From NCBI RefSeq assembly GCF_006345805.1, contig NC_043005.1:70494001-70558000 (forward strand): a stretch of 64,000 bases of DNA, given 5' to 3'. The number at the start of each line of letters is the position of its first letter. The stretch's first letter is position 1. Shown one piece after another: positions 48,181-63,054 of this stretch. This DNA is from Octopus sinensis (lineage: Eukaryota). Made by a program: the position numbers and the translations under genes. Below the pieces are notes generated by a model. It saw only the letters and a list, made by a program, of their open reading frames with translations. It made no database searches and was not told the origin of the DNA.

Positions 48181-49124
48181 TTTTGCATTTCTTAATAAAC
48201 CGACAGCTGTCGCAGCACGTTGCAACTCATACGTAATGTTTTGGATATTTTGTAGAAATTGAGCCACTCCAGCTAAGTGATGGGTGATCGCTAATACACT
48301 GATACACACAACATGATGCTTTGTAATTCACTTTAGCCTAGACAGTTTCAACAAGCTACCACTCACATTTGTTGTTTTTCAAAATATTGGCCCCTCTCTC
48401 ATCACTAATCCCGATATTCCATCCAAGACAGGGTCACCTTATGCAAGCTGTCCACATTAATTACTGTTGTCTATTCCAGTAGTTCAGTAGTCAAACCATA
48501 CGCATCTGTGTCAAACATCACACACCACCAGTTACTCAGAGATATTAACATCCTACATGCATCGAGAAATCTGACGGAAATCATTGATAAAAATGTTAAA
48601 AAGTCAGTTTTGCAATAATTTGGTTTTAGTACATGGCTTAATAACCAGAGTGTTGAGCTCATGATTATGAGGTTGTGGTTTCGATAATTAGACCAGGTGA
48701 TGCCTTGTATTGTGGAGCAAAACACTTTCATTTCATGTTGCTCCAGTCCACTTATCTGCTAAGAATGATTAATCCTGCAACAGACAGGCGTCTTGGCCAG
48801 GGAGGTATATACACATCAGAGAAACCAGGAAACTAACCCTGTGCTCCTTACAGAGTAATGTGGACTAACCATAACCATCACAGTGTTTTGCTTTTAGTAA
48901 ATGTCTTCCACCATAATCTTAAGCTGAGTCACACGTGAGTGTGAAGTCTCAAAGGTGGAAATCCTGCAGATGTTCATAAGCTAGACCGCACCAAGGACAA
49001 GTCTTAATCAGTTTAACTCAACAAACTGCTGGTTATCTTTAACAGAAATCTCTTTTGGAAGCATACAGGTCTAGTATATGGCATGCAGACAACACATGAT
49101 TTATTGTTACTCTTATGCAGATGC

Positions 49125-49432
49125 GTGGCCCAGTGGTTAAGGTATCTGGCTTACGATCGTAAAATCGTGAATTCGATTATTGTGTCTGTTGTGTCCTTGA
49201 GCAAGACAGTTTATTCACGTTCCTCCAGTCCACGCAGCTGACAAAATAAGAGTACTACATGTATTTAAAAGGTTAGTATTGTCACATTTTGTATCACACT
49301 GAAGCTCCATGTACACTACGTGAAGGATACACGTGTCTCTGCAGTGCTCAGCCACTTGTACGTTAATTTCACGAGCAGGTTTTGTTGATTGGATCAAGTG
49401 GAACTAACATCGTCGTACCGAACGGAGTACCA
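49125..49432 (+). mobile_element. SINE family 3-related copy
   Basis: gtggcccagtggttaagg head, tgtccttgagcaagaca centre. Related copies at about 48660-48850 and 49850-50190. Confidence 0.65.
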
Positions 49433-49433
49433 G

Positions 49434-49483
<50 letters not shown>

Positions 49484-49756
49484 TAGGGGTGATAAATTGA
49501 ATATTAAGTTGATTAATATCAATTTAAAAACAGTGGCCTAGCGTATTGAAAACTCTGAAGATTCAGAAAAATTATATTACATACATATTAGAGGGATGGC
49601 CAATAAGTGGACATCCATTATGCTAGAGGTAAATCCCATATGGTCTGACCACCAAGAAAAGATTGTTCTCAAGAAAATTCAGCGAACGCCGGATCGTAAG
49701 CGAGCAAGACAAATGAAATGATACAAAATTTTGTTTCTTTTCATTTGTCTTGTATG

Positions 49757-49787
<31 letters not shown>

Positions 49788-50538
49788 TTGTGTGTTTGTG
49801 TTTGTGTGTGTGTGTTTGTGTTTGTGTGGGGGGGGGGGGCTTGTGGTTTACTAGTTAGGGTATATATGGCTTCCGATAGTCATGTCATGAGTTCAAATCC
49901 CGGCGACACGTTGTGTCCTTGAGCAAGACACTTTATTTCACGTTGCTTCAGTTCCACTCAACTGGCAAAAATGAGTAATCAACTGTATTTCAAAGGCCAG
50001 CCTTGTCACACTGTGTGTTATACTGAAATCTTCTCGAGAACTATGTTAAGGGTACTATGTTAAGGGTACTATGTTAAGGGAACTATCTGTGGAGTGCTCA
50101 GCCATTTGCACGTTAATTTCACGAGCAGGCAGTTCCATGGATCGGACCACCTGGAACCCTCGTCGTCGTAAACGAAGAAGTGCCAGTGTTTTTCTTTAAT
50201 TTTTCTTTCCTTTCTGTCATTGATTTGTAAAAAAACCCTTCTTGCCTAATTCTTTTGATAGCAGTGTAACTAACACAGTAAACGATTTTGAAAAATTGGG
50301 GTGGGGAGTGAATTTATTTTCTGTAAAGTAGTACGTACATATCCTGCTTTATAAACGTTTCTGATTACGTGAAATTATTAGTTACATCCTGAAATGGCAA
50401 ATATTTAGATCTTCCTTTGTTTCTTTGAAATTATTAACAGCTAAAACAGGCTTAAAAGGAAAAAATTTCTCTGTCTAGTACCCACAGACTTCACTTATAT
50501 TTTAACCAAGTATATATCAATATATGTGTGTGTGCATA

Positions 50539-50697
<159 letters not shown>

Positions 50698-50908
50698 AAC
50701 CCATTTAGAAATATTTACAAACACACATGATGTGTATAATATATACATATGCATACATATATGTACCTATGTATATATAATTATATATGTGTGTGTGTGT
50801 GTATCTGCATTGATACATATATGATCACACAATATTCATAGCGTTTTTATATGCTCTGCTCGTATGCTTAATATATACACATATCCATATGTGTATGTGC
50901 TTGTACCA

Positions 50909-50965
<57 letters not shown>

Positions 50966-51525
50966 TTTTAATACTGCAAATATATTACAAATTAAATCAG
51001 TATTTTTCCTCCCCAAATCACTTATATATGCTTTGATAATGGTAAATTAATTGACGATTGAAGTTTTCCTTTATAACCTAATGGGTTACATTAATATATC
51101 ACTATTTGTATTTATTTCTTTGTTTCAAAATTAAACAAAAGCTACGCTATGATGAGTAAATGTGAGAATTTAATCTAATTGGAAGCTTAAATTTATGTCT
51201 TCGTTATGATTTCTGTAAAGCAATTTGAATGTACAGAGGTGTTGTTTCGTTATTTACACTACTTTATATACACTTCTTGATTTTCTAATTTAAATATACA
51301 AACTGCATACATATATATACATATATGTGTGTGTGTGTGTTATCAGGGAATCATAAACCCGAAAAAGAAGCACACTCTACGTTATAGAATACATAAAGAT
51401 AGATATGGCCCCTCTATGGGGAATACCCTGGGTTTCACATCCATAAAGCGCTTAGACCGTATCCATCTTAGGCCATATCTATCTATCTAACTATCTATCT
51501 ATCTATCTATCTATCTAACTAACTA

Positions 51526-51592
<67 letters not shown>

Positions 51593-52252
51593 GGAATTTA
51601 CAAAAACAAAAGACAAAGACAGGTGGTGTAGAAAACAAACAGATGTATAAGTTTAACGCTCGGGAAGTGAGAAAGTCTTTTCCGTTTCGAGCCTACGCTC
51701 TTCAACAGAAAAGGAACACAGAAATAAGAGAGAGAAAACAAATATATATATATATAATTGGAGTCAACAAGAAGGGGTACGGTTAGACATTTATTTTTTA
51801 ATCAATGTAGTCCTCCACACAGCGTAGTTCTCCAAGCGTGCAAATACTTGATTATGTAACTGTTTCCCTGCATTATGAGATCTAATTATACTTTCTACAG
51901 ATAAAGAGGATCTTCTTGAAGCCAAGGATTTTGAATTTACGGAGACAATATTTACATATCGCCTGAGGAAACACAACTAGATTTCATAATGAAAGGAAAC
52001 AGTTGCTTAATCAAGTATCTACACACCTGGAGAAATACAATGAGCGGAAACAATTTTAGTGATTAAAAAGCAAATGTCCAACCGAATTCCTTGTTGACTC
52101 CAATTTTTTTCATTTATATATTCCCACACGACAGATACCTAAAAGCAAGCCTGGAAGTCTGAAAGTATGTATTTACCCTGGATAGAACAGGGTAAATTTG
52201 AAGATGGACGAGCTTTATACTGTACTCTACTACGTTCTTAACAGAATATACC

Positions 52253-52288
<36 letters not shown>

Positions 52289-52478
52289 GCTTAGCGGTAT
52301 TTAGTCTGCTGTTACGTTCTGAGTTCAAATTCTGCCAAGGTCGACTTTACCTTTCATGCTTTCGGGTTCGGTAAATAAACACCATTTACGCACTGGGGTC
52401 GATGTAGTCGACTCAATCCCTTTGTCTGTCCTTGTTTTACCCCTCTATGTTTGTCCCCTTGTGGGCAATAAAGAAATA
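52289..52478 (+). mobile_element. SINE family 1, 5'-truncated
   Basis: Body and tail ccccttgtgggcaataaagaaata. Confidence 0.82.
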
Positions 52479-52749
52479 TATATATATATAAGTATAGTCA
52501 TCACTAAAGTGACATAGGGTGCTATTCAACATCAGCATTGCTAGAAATAAGACCCAATACTACTCTTAGGCTGTATTCCTGCTGTACTATTTCACCACAA
52601 CTTTCTCTCACTCTTTCTTCTGTTGGCCAGCTCGCTTAGCCAACAGGGTGGCATCATTTGAAGGCTAAAACAATGCGAAGCGCATTGTGACCAGTGATGT
52701 GTAGCAACATCTGATAGCCTGGTCGGTGATAGTGACGGTGATATGTATG

Positions 52750-52800
<51 letters not shown>

Positions 52801-52959
52801 GCACAAAGATATATGTGAGATATATAGATATAGAGAGAGATACATAAAGAGCGATATATTCCTACATACAGGTATACATTTTCTCTAGTTAAACATTACA
52901 AAGATATATGTGAGATATATATATAGAGAGATACATAAAGAGAGATATATTCCTACATA

Positions 52960-53290
52960 CATCATCATCATCATTGTTCGACCGTGGTCGAGACAATGGA
53001 ATTTACTATGTTATGCCAGACTTCACGGTCCATCATAGCATTACGGAGGTCCTGTTGCTGGATGCCTGTATCCCTGGAGATTACATCAGGGTAGGAGAGT
53101 GTGCGCCCTCTGGTATTGCGAGTAGATGGCTTCCAGAGGAGAAGAGTAGAAATTACTTCTTTTTCAGCTCTACAACAATGTCCAGCAAACTGGACTCTCC
53201 TACCTTTCACAAGAGATGACACAGGTGGTAGTCTCCCATATATTTGCATTTTGGTTGGATGGTGCTTCCACGAGAGATTTTGAGCTCACC
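52960..53290 (-). mobile_element. RTE-group LINE 3' fragment with a (TGA)n tail
   Basis: RRVQFAGHCCR...RGR...YPDVI..D...AMMDREVW. Tail catcatcatc on the plus strand. Probable TSD cctacatacat / cctacgtacat. Confidence 0.8.
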
Positions 53291-54392
53291 TACGTACATA
53301 TATACATTTTCTCTAGTTAAACTTTAATTAATCATACTGCCTGTTGACACAGTGCTTTGTTCTGGGCAGTGAGTTGGTTGTTGTCAGACCGAATGCCTTG
53401 CATTATTCATTCCTGCTCTCTGCTCTCTACAGTATTTAAAATGTCCTTATTTATGACAGGGATCTGTGATCTGAGAGGAATTTGGATGCAATTTCTCAAG
53501 TGACCACAACAAATGTTGACATTTATTTTTTTGTTATTGTTATCATTGTTAAAATTGTTATTGCCACCGCCGTAAATGTAAGAGCACTGACATGGCTAAA
53601 TGGTTAAAATCATCACACTTCATGGTCATGTCATCCGTGTTTGATCCTACTAAGTTTTCTTTGTAAGATCGAGTAAATGGGAATCTTTATGGAAACCTGT
53701 CAGATGGATTTTAGATGTAATTCAAAGAGCCAGCCTTGTTATTTACTCTGTCACACACTGATACTATCTGAGAAGTGCATTAACAAAACACTTGACTGTT
53801 GAATGTTCAACCACCACTTAGCATTATAATTCAATGTACATGTAGTTTAGTTGATAGAACAAGAGGAATAGTTATAACCTTGAAACAGTCATAGGATGCA
53901 GTTGCTTTCATTATTCTTACCTCACTCATCAGAGATGTTTTTCTTGATGATATTCATTATTTATTGTAGTATACCATGTACCATGTCATCATAAAGGAAG
54001 GTGGCCACTTTCCTTACTAATACTTTTACAGTCTTTTCTAAGAAATCTTATTCACCTTGTTGAAAAATCACAAACAATTTGACCATAATTTTTCCTAAGA
54101 GGAAAGAATCTTACACTAAATGCTCCTTTTTTGTTACTAAATCCTTTACAATTTTAGTCATACAATAAATACCCAATGCAGATAACCATTTCCCCAAAAT
54201 TTATTGAGCTTTACTGTACACATTTGTTACTTCCAGCTATCAATAATAATAATAACAATAATAATAATGATAATAAGTTTTCTAACAGAAATGATTGCAG
54301 AAATTTGAAGGAAAAGAATAATTGATTATATTGTTGCCACTATTTTCCTGAGTGAATGAAAGGTAAAGTTAACCTCACTCCAAGAGTGTAGT

Positions 54393-54560
54393 GGGTGTTT
54401 TTACGTACTACTGGCACAAGGGCCAGTCGGGTGGTACTGGCAACGGCTATACTCAAATGGTGTTTTTTACGTGCCACCTGCACAGGAGACAGTCCAGTGG
54501 GTGGCACTGGCAATGACCTCGCTCAAATGTTTTTCCACATGCCACCGGCACAAGTGCCAT
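54393..54560 (+). repeat. Dispersed repeat with internal tandem units of about 65 bp (cgtgccacc.gcac...ctggcaa...ctcaaatg)
   Basis: Paralogues at 56535-56765 (+) and 60420-60560 (-). Confidence 0.7.
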
Positions 54561-55721
54561 TGGTTAAAGGTTTTGGCTAAAGCACAGCAATTTAGGGGAT
54601 TAAGTTAAGTCGAATTACATTAACCCTAGGACACAACTGGTACTTATTTCATCAACCCTAGAAGGATTAAAGGCAAAGTTAACCCTGGCAGAATTTGAAC
54701 TCAGAATGTAAAAATGGGCAAAATGCTACTAAGCATCTCGACTGGCATAGTAACAACTCTTCCAGCTCGTAACCTGAAAGGCAGTTAAATATTGCAAATA
54801 TATTTTTCTGTTACTATAACGCAGAATCACACCAACGATTAAGCTATGCAACATCACTCAGAAATAGCTACTAGTCTCGTTTCATATCATATTCATCTGT
54901 ACTAAACTCAGATAAGGTATACAGGGAAGTATAGTCTGAGAGATACACTATTTTTGGAAGCAGAAAAAGCACAAACAAATAAAAAACATTGAAATGAAAT
55001 GACCATATTTGAAATGCTTTTCATTATAGGTCTACATGAAGAAAATTGACCTGGGGTTAAGCAACAACAACAACAAAACCAATAAAACTATTATCAATAG
55101 AACTCTAATTTAAATGGGAAATTTAATTTGTTTCATTCACAGTAACTCTTTCATTCCTTCATTTGGAATATTTAAGATGAAGATATTAAAAATATTAATT
55201 AAACTCGTTTTATTTTTTTCAAAAGAGAAGAAACCTTTTAAAAGTTCATTAGACTTCTTTCTTTCTATTTTCCTCTTCTATCTAAATTCCAAATCTTGTA
55301 TGCTACACTTAATATTTTACAACTTAAAAATCTTTAGTTTAGCAGAGAGGTATTCAAACATGTGGTTTATAGGCTGCATGTGTATTTATGTATGTGCAGA
55401 TTTATACACATTCTCTCTCTCTCTCTATCACTCACTCTCATGCATGCATACGCATATAAACACACATGCATGTACACATAATCATACAGATCTGAGACCA
55501 ATTCTTCTAAACATTTTCTAGTTCATTGCATCCATGCCACTTCACCTCCTCTCCAGTTCCTCTTACCTCGTTCCTTGGAACACACAAATTTGTTGCACAC
55601 CAGTACAGATAATGTTTTCATTAGTATGAGAGCATAAATGTTAATGAAACATAATAAATTACAGTTAACTGACTCCATCTTTGTAGGATTTGAACTCACT
55701 GCTATATAGACATGAGGAGGA

Positions 55722-56048
55722 GACCCCCTTCAGTCATGAATGACCATGGTATTGCACCCAGAAAGTTACCCTCCGAGGCATAAGTCAGGGCAAGATTGTT
55801 TGTAGAAGGCTAGCAGTCGCCCATGCATACAAGCCTCACCACTCCACACCACTGATGTTATCTAAGGGAAAGGCCAATACAGTTTGGCCCCAGTGATGTT
55901 GCAACTCATTTCTACAGATGAGTTAACTGGAGCAACATGAAATAAAGTGTCTTGCTCAAGAACAAAATACACAGCCCAGTCCAGGAATTGAACTCACAAC
56001 CTCAGGATCGTAAGCTCTACACTCTAACCACTAAGCCATGTGCCTTCA
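55722..56048 (-). mobile_element. SINE family 3 copy
   Basis: Colinear with 46088-46415. Confidence 0.8.
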
Positions 56049-56199
56049 CTTATATAGACATATGAGACTAATTTTTGCTGGTTTCTGCTGAATTCACTTT
56101 TGTGATAATACTTATGATCACACAATAATTTTAAAATGCTAGTAATAACTCCACTACCACATCATTCTGGTTCCGTACCCCTTGAGCAACATCAAAATT

Positions 56200-56435
56200 C
56201 ACTCATCCATCCACAAACACTCTCCAAGCTTTCCTATCATTTATAAACTCTCTTGCCTCTCTCACTCCAACACCTCTAACCACCAAAAATTTCCTCACTC
56301 CATCCTTCCACACAAACCAAGGTCTGCCTATGGTTCTGCTGTCTACCACTTCTGCCTTCATCACCCCAGTTACCATCTGCTCCTTTTCCATCCTCTCTAT
56401 GTGGGCAAACCACATCAACATCCATCTATCCATTT
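56200..56435 (-). mobile_element. RTE-like LINE C-terminal fragment
   Basis: LMWFAHIERM...GRPWFVWKDGV...DRKAWR, resembling the WFGHV.RM...GRP...W motif. Confidence 0.6.
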
Positions 56436-56957
56436 TGGTTGTTAGTTTTTTTTTTTCCTCTCATTCTGATTTGGCAGAGTTTCTACAGCTAGATGTTCCT
56501 CCTGACGCCAATTGCTCTCAGAGTATAGTAGGTACTTTTACGTGCCACCGGCACAAGGGCCAGTCAGGCGGTACTAGCAATGGCCACGCTCAAATGGTGT
56601 TTTTTACATGCCACCTGCATAGGAGCCAGTCCAGTGGCACTGGCAAAGACCTCGCAAGAATGTTTTTTTCACGTGTCACCGACACAAGGGTCAGTAAGGC
56701 GACACTGGTAATGATCATGCTCGAATGATGTATTTTACGTGCCACCAGCATGGAAGCTAGTTTGCTGCTCTGGCAACGATCAATCTCGGATGGTTCTCTT
56801 AGCACTCCACTAGCATGGATGTCAGTCATCAAATTTGATTTCAATTAATATATATATATATGAAAGAAGGTTTGAAAATGCAATTTTAAAAGATTGTATT
56901 TTCAAACCTTCTTTCATATATAATTCCACTCGTGCAGTACCTTACAACTCCACTTTG

Positions 56958-56991
<34 letters not shown>

Positions 56992-58457
56992 CACAGATGT
57001 TTATGGCACAATGCATTCACTGTGTGAGATTTGAACCTGTCAACCATAAGTTAGCAATAGAATACCTTATTGCCAAACATTTCATATATCATATATAAAT
57101 GCAGTATTATTTTGTCTGATGTAACTGAAAAATTGTTGCATATTGTTTCTCATAGTGTGAAAATTACCATTTAAATCCCTCACAAGAAGAAATGGGAAAT
57201 TTATGAATAGTAGATGAAGAATTAAGTGAATAACAGCAAATGTTAGGCATCTTTTTTTTTTCATTTTTCATAGAATTATTCCTTTAAAACAGAAGCAATT
57301 TATTTGTTGAATTCTCATCTAGCAAATATTAAAATATGAAAGACTTTGAAAATTTCCTTGGAAATTAGAAAATTAAATATCAGAGAATAAATATAACCAA
57401 AATGCATGAAAATAAATATAAAACAAATCAAAAATGAAATAGTTTCAAATTTACAAAAAAATGGTTACTGCTTTTAAGATCTTTATTAAATATTTTGTTA
57501 ACTGTCAGTTAATGAAATCTTAAGTTAGTAATAAACAGATAGCATAATAATAGTTAAAAAGATTAGTATTCCATCATTTCCATTTCATCTGCAAACAGCA
57601 ATAATTGCACAGTGTTCGAATAGAATATGCTAATGTGGTTATGGTATGTATTGGATTATTCATTTGAAAGGGTAGGAATAAATATGATATGTGCATTGGA
57701 ATTATTTAAAACTTCAAGGTCTGGCATATTATCAACACAGGGAACAACTAAAACTGTCACAATTGCAACAAATCTTAGCCTTTATTAGCTTTGAGAAAAT
57801 ATTGATGGCCTTCATAGTAAAAAAAATATTGTTGACGTGTATAAATTATTAAAAATTTTAGGCTGTGAACAAACAAGAATCCTGACAAGAATAGGAAACT
57901 AGTATCTCTCATCAATGTAGACTACCATACACATATTACCATCATCATCATCATCATCATCATCATAATCATGATTATGACCATCACCACCAATTTTGTC
58001 TCTCAGCCATCATTCCACACCGCTCATCTTCCTAACACCCATCCTGACATCACTCATCTAACAATGGGACTATTCAAATGCTGTAAACATACAACAACAG
58101 AATCTGCACATATTTCATATTTTTTGTGCCTCTAGTCACCTCCCAATCTCCCTGAAACCACTTCCTTTTAACATCTATCCCTCATTCTCAATAGCATCCC
58201 TTCTCACTTTATGTTCCGCAGATCATTCCTTTCAGTGCTGTCAATTATCTCACCCTCCCTTCTAAGTTACATCTTCAGTTTACCATTCTTCATCTTTAAG
58301 CCCTCTCCTATCTACTTTCATTCTCAACACCCTCTCATATCTGCCATCAGAAGACCACCCCCACCTCTTTCTCCCATTCACTGTAACTACCACTACTTAA
58401 CTCTGACCTCCATCTTCGTCCTTAGTTATCATTCTTTTCTTTGTATATCATACATAG

Positions 58458-58762
58458 GGTGGAGGCACATGGCCTAGTGGTTAGAGCAGCGGACTCGCGG
58501 TCGAGGGATCGCGGGTTCAAATCTCAAATTTGGCGATATGTATGTTTATGAGTGAAACGCCTAAGCTCCACGCGGCTCCGGCAGAAGGTAATGGCAAACT
58601 TCTGCTGACTCTTTTGCCACAACTTCCTCTCATTCTTTCCTCCTGCATCTTGCAGCTTACCTGTGACGGACCGGCGTCCCGTCCAGGTGGGGAACCTATA
58701 TGCCAAGGAAACTGGGAAATCGGCCCTTATGTGCCAGGCATGGCTTGAGAAGGAACAAACAT
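58458..58762 (+). mobile_element. tRNA-headed SINE family 4
   Basis: A box tggcctagtgg, B box gggttcaaatc, central gtgacggaccggcgtcccgtccaggtg. Confidence 0.7.
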
Positions 58763-60873
58763 TCCTAGGGAGACTTATCAAAGATTCATGGATGGATTTG
58801 CTAAAAATGTAAAAATGGTGTTGGTTGCATGAGATTCCACCTCCTGTAATCGAATACGAAAAACTGAAAAGAAAAATTCTAATGTAATTTTGTGAAAAAG
58901 AAAAAAAGGACTATTGAAATTGATATTTATTTTATGAAAAAGAGAAAAACTCTAAATGTAACCACTCGAGTTCGGGGGTCGAGTAATCATTGCACCTCAT
59001 TTTATACTCTTTCATATTATGATTCGTTTCTTTTATTTTTTATTCTTCTTATTTCATCTTCTTTTTGTAATTTTTAAGTTCTCCAAGTTTATGTTTGTCA
59101 CGTTTTGTATTTTCCCATTCTTTGTATAGCGTCCTGTGGATAATAAAAATCACCTTGTATATCATTCTCTCTCTTCCCACTCTCCCATCCTGCACATCAT
59201 CTCCCCTTATTTTTTGATAAACCTACAGGTTTAATTATGTTGTATTACAGGAAGAATAGTCTGCAAACTTTGGTAATTACTTTTCATAATAAATTCTTCC
59301 ATATATGAAGAGCTTACTTTCAAAACCAGATATAAGCATCAGAATGACTTTCACGTAATTGTTTAAACCAACAACTTGAATATACCTGATTTTAATTGGA
59401 TGATTAAGATTTGCCTACTGTCTATATGGCATCTATCCCAGTTTGACTGTAAAAAAGTTCACGTTCATGAAGCCAGCAGCTTTCAGATTGTGTTTTAATA
59501 GTTATCATGAAATTGACCAAATATGCATTTATACCGGTTTTGAAAGTAAGCTCTTCATATTATATGCTATGTCATCCATGGGTATGTAGTGTTCTCACTG
59601 CTTACACAAGGGAGTTATTCCTGCCTATATTACCTATTTACGGGTATTTTCTTTGTGACACCTGCCTACAGTTTTAGATTTAATTTTAGACAGTATGGTG
59701 AGGATTTTCTTTGCTTTTGTGCTAGAATATTGGAAAATGGTTGATCTTTAGAATCTTTTTCATACTCAGAATAAATATCTGCTTTTAGCCTCTTAGTTCT
59801 ATTTACATTTAAAGAAAGTTCTATAATATGTCATTAATTATATTGTTAGAAACATTGCACAAGGAAATACAAAAAGTCATTTTGGCAGCTACAGCAGTCT
59901 TTCATTCTTTTATTTTATTGGAGAGTATTGTAGTTCGCTTGAAGCATTGTGTATTGTTTGTAAAGAATAAAAACTTTTGAATGGTACAACAATGCACTAT
60001 AATACAGACAATGGGTTATATACCTGTTGTAATTTAGTCATCCATAATCTCATATGATATTTCAGAATAATATTCCTTCTTCAGATATTCTTTGATGGAG
60101 GCGCTGCTATAATCGGTATTCTAATGGCTTTTCTTCTTTTTTATTTTATTATTTTTTTTACTTGTTTCAGTCAGTTGACTTGCAGCTATGCTGGAGCACC
60201 GCCTTAAAGGTCTCGATCAAATAAATTAACCCCAGGACTTTCTTTGCTTAAGCCTATTACTTATTCTGTCAAACTTTTTGCTGAACCACTAAGTCACATG
60301 GACATAAACACACCAGTATTAGTTGTCAAACGATGGTGGGGGGACTAACACTGACACACATCATGTAAAAAGCAAAATCCAAACGTACTTGATACCAGTC
60401 TCCTCCTCCCCCGCCCTCTACTGGCTCTTGTGCCGGTGGCATGTAAAAACCACCCACTACACTCTCAGAGTGGTTGGTGTTAGGAAGGGCATCCACCTGT
60501 TGAAACCTTGCCAGTCCCCTGTCAAACCATCAAACCCATACCAGCATGGGAAACAGACGCTAAACGATGATGGTGATGATATATATATATATATATATAT
60601 ATAATCCAAACATGAAAACACAAAGAGAAAGGAAAGGAAAGAAAGAAGGAGGATTTAACGTTTTGAGCGGTGCTCTTCATCTGAAACATAGGAAAAGGAA
60701 AGATCCAAGGAAGGGAAAACGGAGGAAAAAATCGCCAACGGTACACATGCGGTCACATTTTTATTTACATATATATATACAATGGGCTTCTTTAAGTTTC
60801 CATCTACCAAATCAACTCACAAGGCTTTGTTTGGTCTGAGACTATAGTAGAAGAGACTTGCCCAAAATGCCAT

Positions 60874-61290
60874 GCAGGAGTGGCTGTGTGGTAAGTAGCT
60901 TGCTAACCAGCCACATGGTTCCGGGTTCAGTCCCACTGCGTGGCATCTTGGGCAAGTGTCTTCTGCTATAGCCCCGGGCCGACCAATGCCTTATGAGTGG
61001 ATTTGGTAGACGGAAACTGAAAGAAGCCTGTCGTATATATGTATATATATATATATATGTATGAGTGTGTATATGTTTGTGTGTCTGTGTTTGTCTCCCC
61101 TAGCATTGCTTGACAACCGATGCTGGTGTGTTTACGTCCCCGTCACTTAGCGGTTCAGCAAAAGAGACCGATATAATAAGTACTGGGCTTACAAAGAATA
61201 AGTCCCGGGGTCGATTTGCTCGACTAAAGGCGGTGCTCCAGCATGGCCACAGTCAAATGACTGAAACAAGTAAAAGAGTAAAAGAGAGAG
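60874..61290 (+). mobile_element. SINE family 2, apparently full length
   Basis: Head gcaggagtggctgtgtggtaagtagc...ggttcagtccc, internal TA/CA tract, tail ...ctgaaacaagtaaaagagtaaaaga. Other fragments at 35377-35505, 39757-39975, 60150-60345, 60785-60873, 62805-62990 and 63205-63365. Confidence 0.8.
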
Positions 61291-61334
61291 ACTGTGAAAC
61301 TGAACCTAGAACCATGTGGTTTGGAAGCAAGCTT

Positions 61335-61568
61335 CTTATTTCTTTATTACACACAAGGGGCTTAACATAGAGGGGACAAACAAGGACAGACAAAAGGATT
61401 AAGTCGATTACATCGACCCCAGTGCGTAACTGGTACTTAATTTATCGACCCCAAAAGGATGAAAGGCAAAGTTGACTTTGGTGGAATTTGAATTCAGAAC
61501 GTAACGGAAGATGAAATACTGTTAAGCATTTTGCCTGGTGTGCTAACGTTTCTACCAGCTCGCCGCCT
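61335..61568 (-). mobile_element. SINE family 1, full length
   Basis: Tail on the plus strand: cttatttctttattacacacaaggggcttaacatagaggggac. Confidence 0.85.
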
Positions 61569-63005
61569 AGTGACTAAAATATTTCTCAGCTAATCTAATC
61601 CTTATTGAATTTAAACACAATATTCTCCTTGCAACACATACAATTGGAAAAGTATCATTTAAATTAATATTTGTGTCGTATTTGAACTCAGAATGTAACG
61701 GCAGATGAAATACTGTTAAGCATTTCGCCCAGTGTGCTAACGATTCTGCCAGCTCACCACCTTGTTTCAGTCAGGTCGCCGCCTTGGAAGCAAGCTTCTT
61801 ACCACACAGCCACACCAATAAAAATATAAGATATATTTAATTTCTCCCAACACCCTTGCATCTGTGCTGTAGAGAATTTTAGCAAAATCACAGGCTCTTT
61901 AAGTCAGAGCTTTCATTGTCAAAACAGGTTATTGTATTTCAAACATTCACTTTCCTCTAATGCATAATGCAGTGAAATTAGTTGTGAAAATGATTTGCTA
62001 AGTTTACAGTTTAGCTTTGCATCACCAGACACATTAGTTAAGATAATAGACCTTTGCTGTCTGATTTACTAACCACATCAACAAAGTAATTTTTGACTGA
62101 ATTAGAAATTAATGATTTGTTTTTATTTCTAATAGTTTCTCAATTTAGAACCTTAAGAGACGTATATGAATGGAACATTAAATATCATTGTATGAAATTT
62201 TGATGTCTTCTCAGTCTGCAGAACCAAGTTTAGTCTGATTCTCAGTGACCCAGCTGGAATCGATTGCCATATCCAAATCAATTTGCATGCTGCTACAATA
62301 TAATTTACCAGTGTTGGATTTAACATGTAAGTAAAGCTGTATTTGCTTCTAACACTGTCAGGCCATATTCCCAATATACCAGGAATTTCAGATTTGACAC
62401 TCTGCTGAATTACGATTATAAAAGTAATAAGGGAAGACCTTAGTTAAAACCAGGCCAGACTCATATAAATCAGCCAATCAGAGAATAAAGATTTGTCATA
62501 ACTGCAGTATTAGCTTGTTCACAAATGTATGATCAGAAATAAAGTGTCTGGAATTATTTCTCTGATTTAATTTGACCACGAAGTGAATCTCCCTACAACC
62601 AGGCACACCTGGCAAGGAAAGTATGTATACACCTGCAGATGTACTGCAGAAATGAAATACTCTGAAGGAGAAGAACTGAAATTTGATCCAATGTATAATG
62701 ATGATAATTTAGAATCATTTGACAAGTATGGAAGTTTTGAAATTCAAGATGAAGTTGGAAGTGATGTTCATATTTCACGTACTCTCTCTCTCTCTCTCTC
62801 TCACTCTTTTATTTGTTTCAGTCATTTGACTGTGGCCATGCTGGAGCACCGCCTTTAATTGAGCAAATTGCCTTCAGGTCTTATTCTTTCTAAGCCTAGT
62901 ACTTATTCTATCGGTCTCTTTTGCCGAACTGCAAAGTTACGGGGACGTAAACACACCAGCATCGGCTGTCAAGGAATGTTGGGGGGGACAAAGACATATA
63001 CACAG

Positions 63006-63054
<49 letters not shown>

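Noticed and set aside
51670-51712. Hammerhead-like TTGAAGAGCGTAGGCTCGAAACGG on the minus strand
   Set aside because: Core C3 is replaced, there is no UH triplet and helix I is out of register. It may be a decayed Penelope-like repeat but is not supportable as a ribozyme.
62150-62790. Possible host exons (minus-strand SMQIDLDMAIDSSWVTENQTKLGSAD*; plus-strand ORF 62583-62858)
   Set aside because: Protein-like composition but no recognisable homology, weak splice signals and conflicting strands. Needs RNA-seq.
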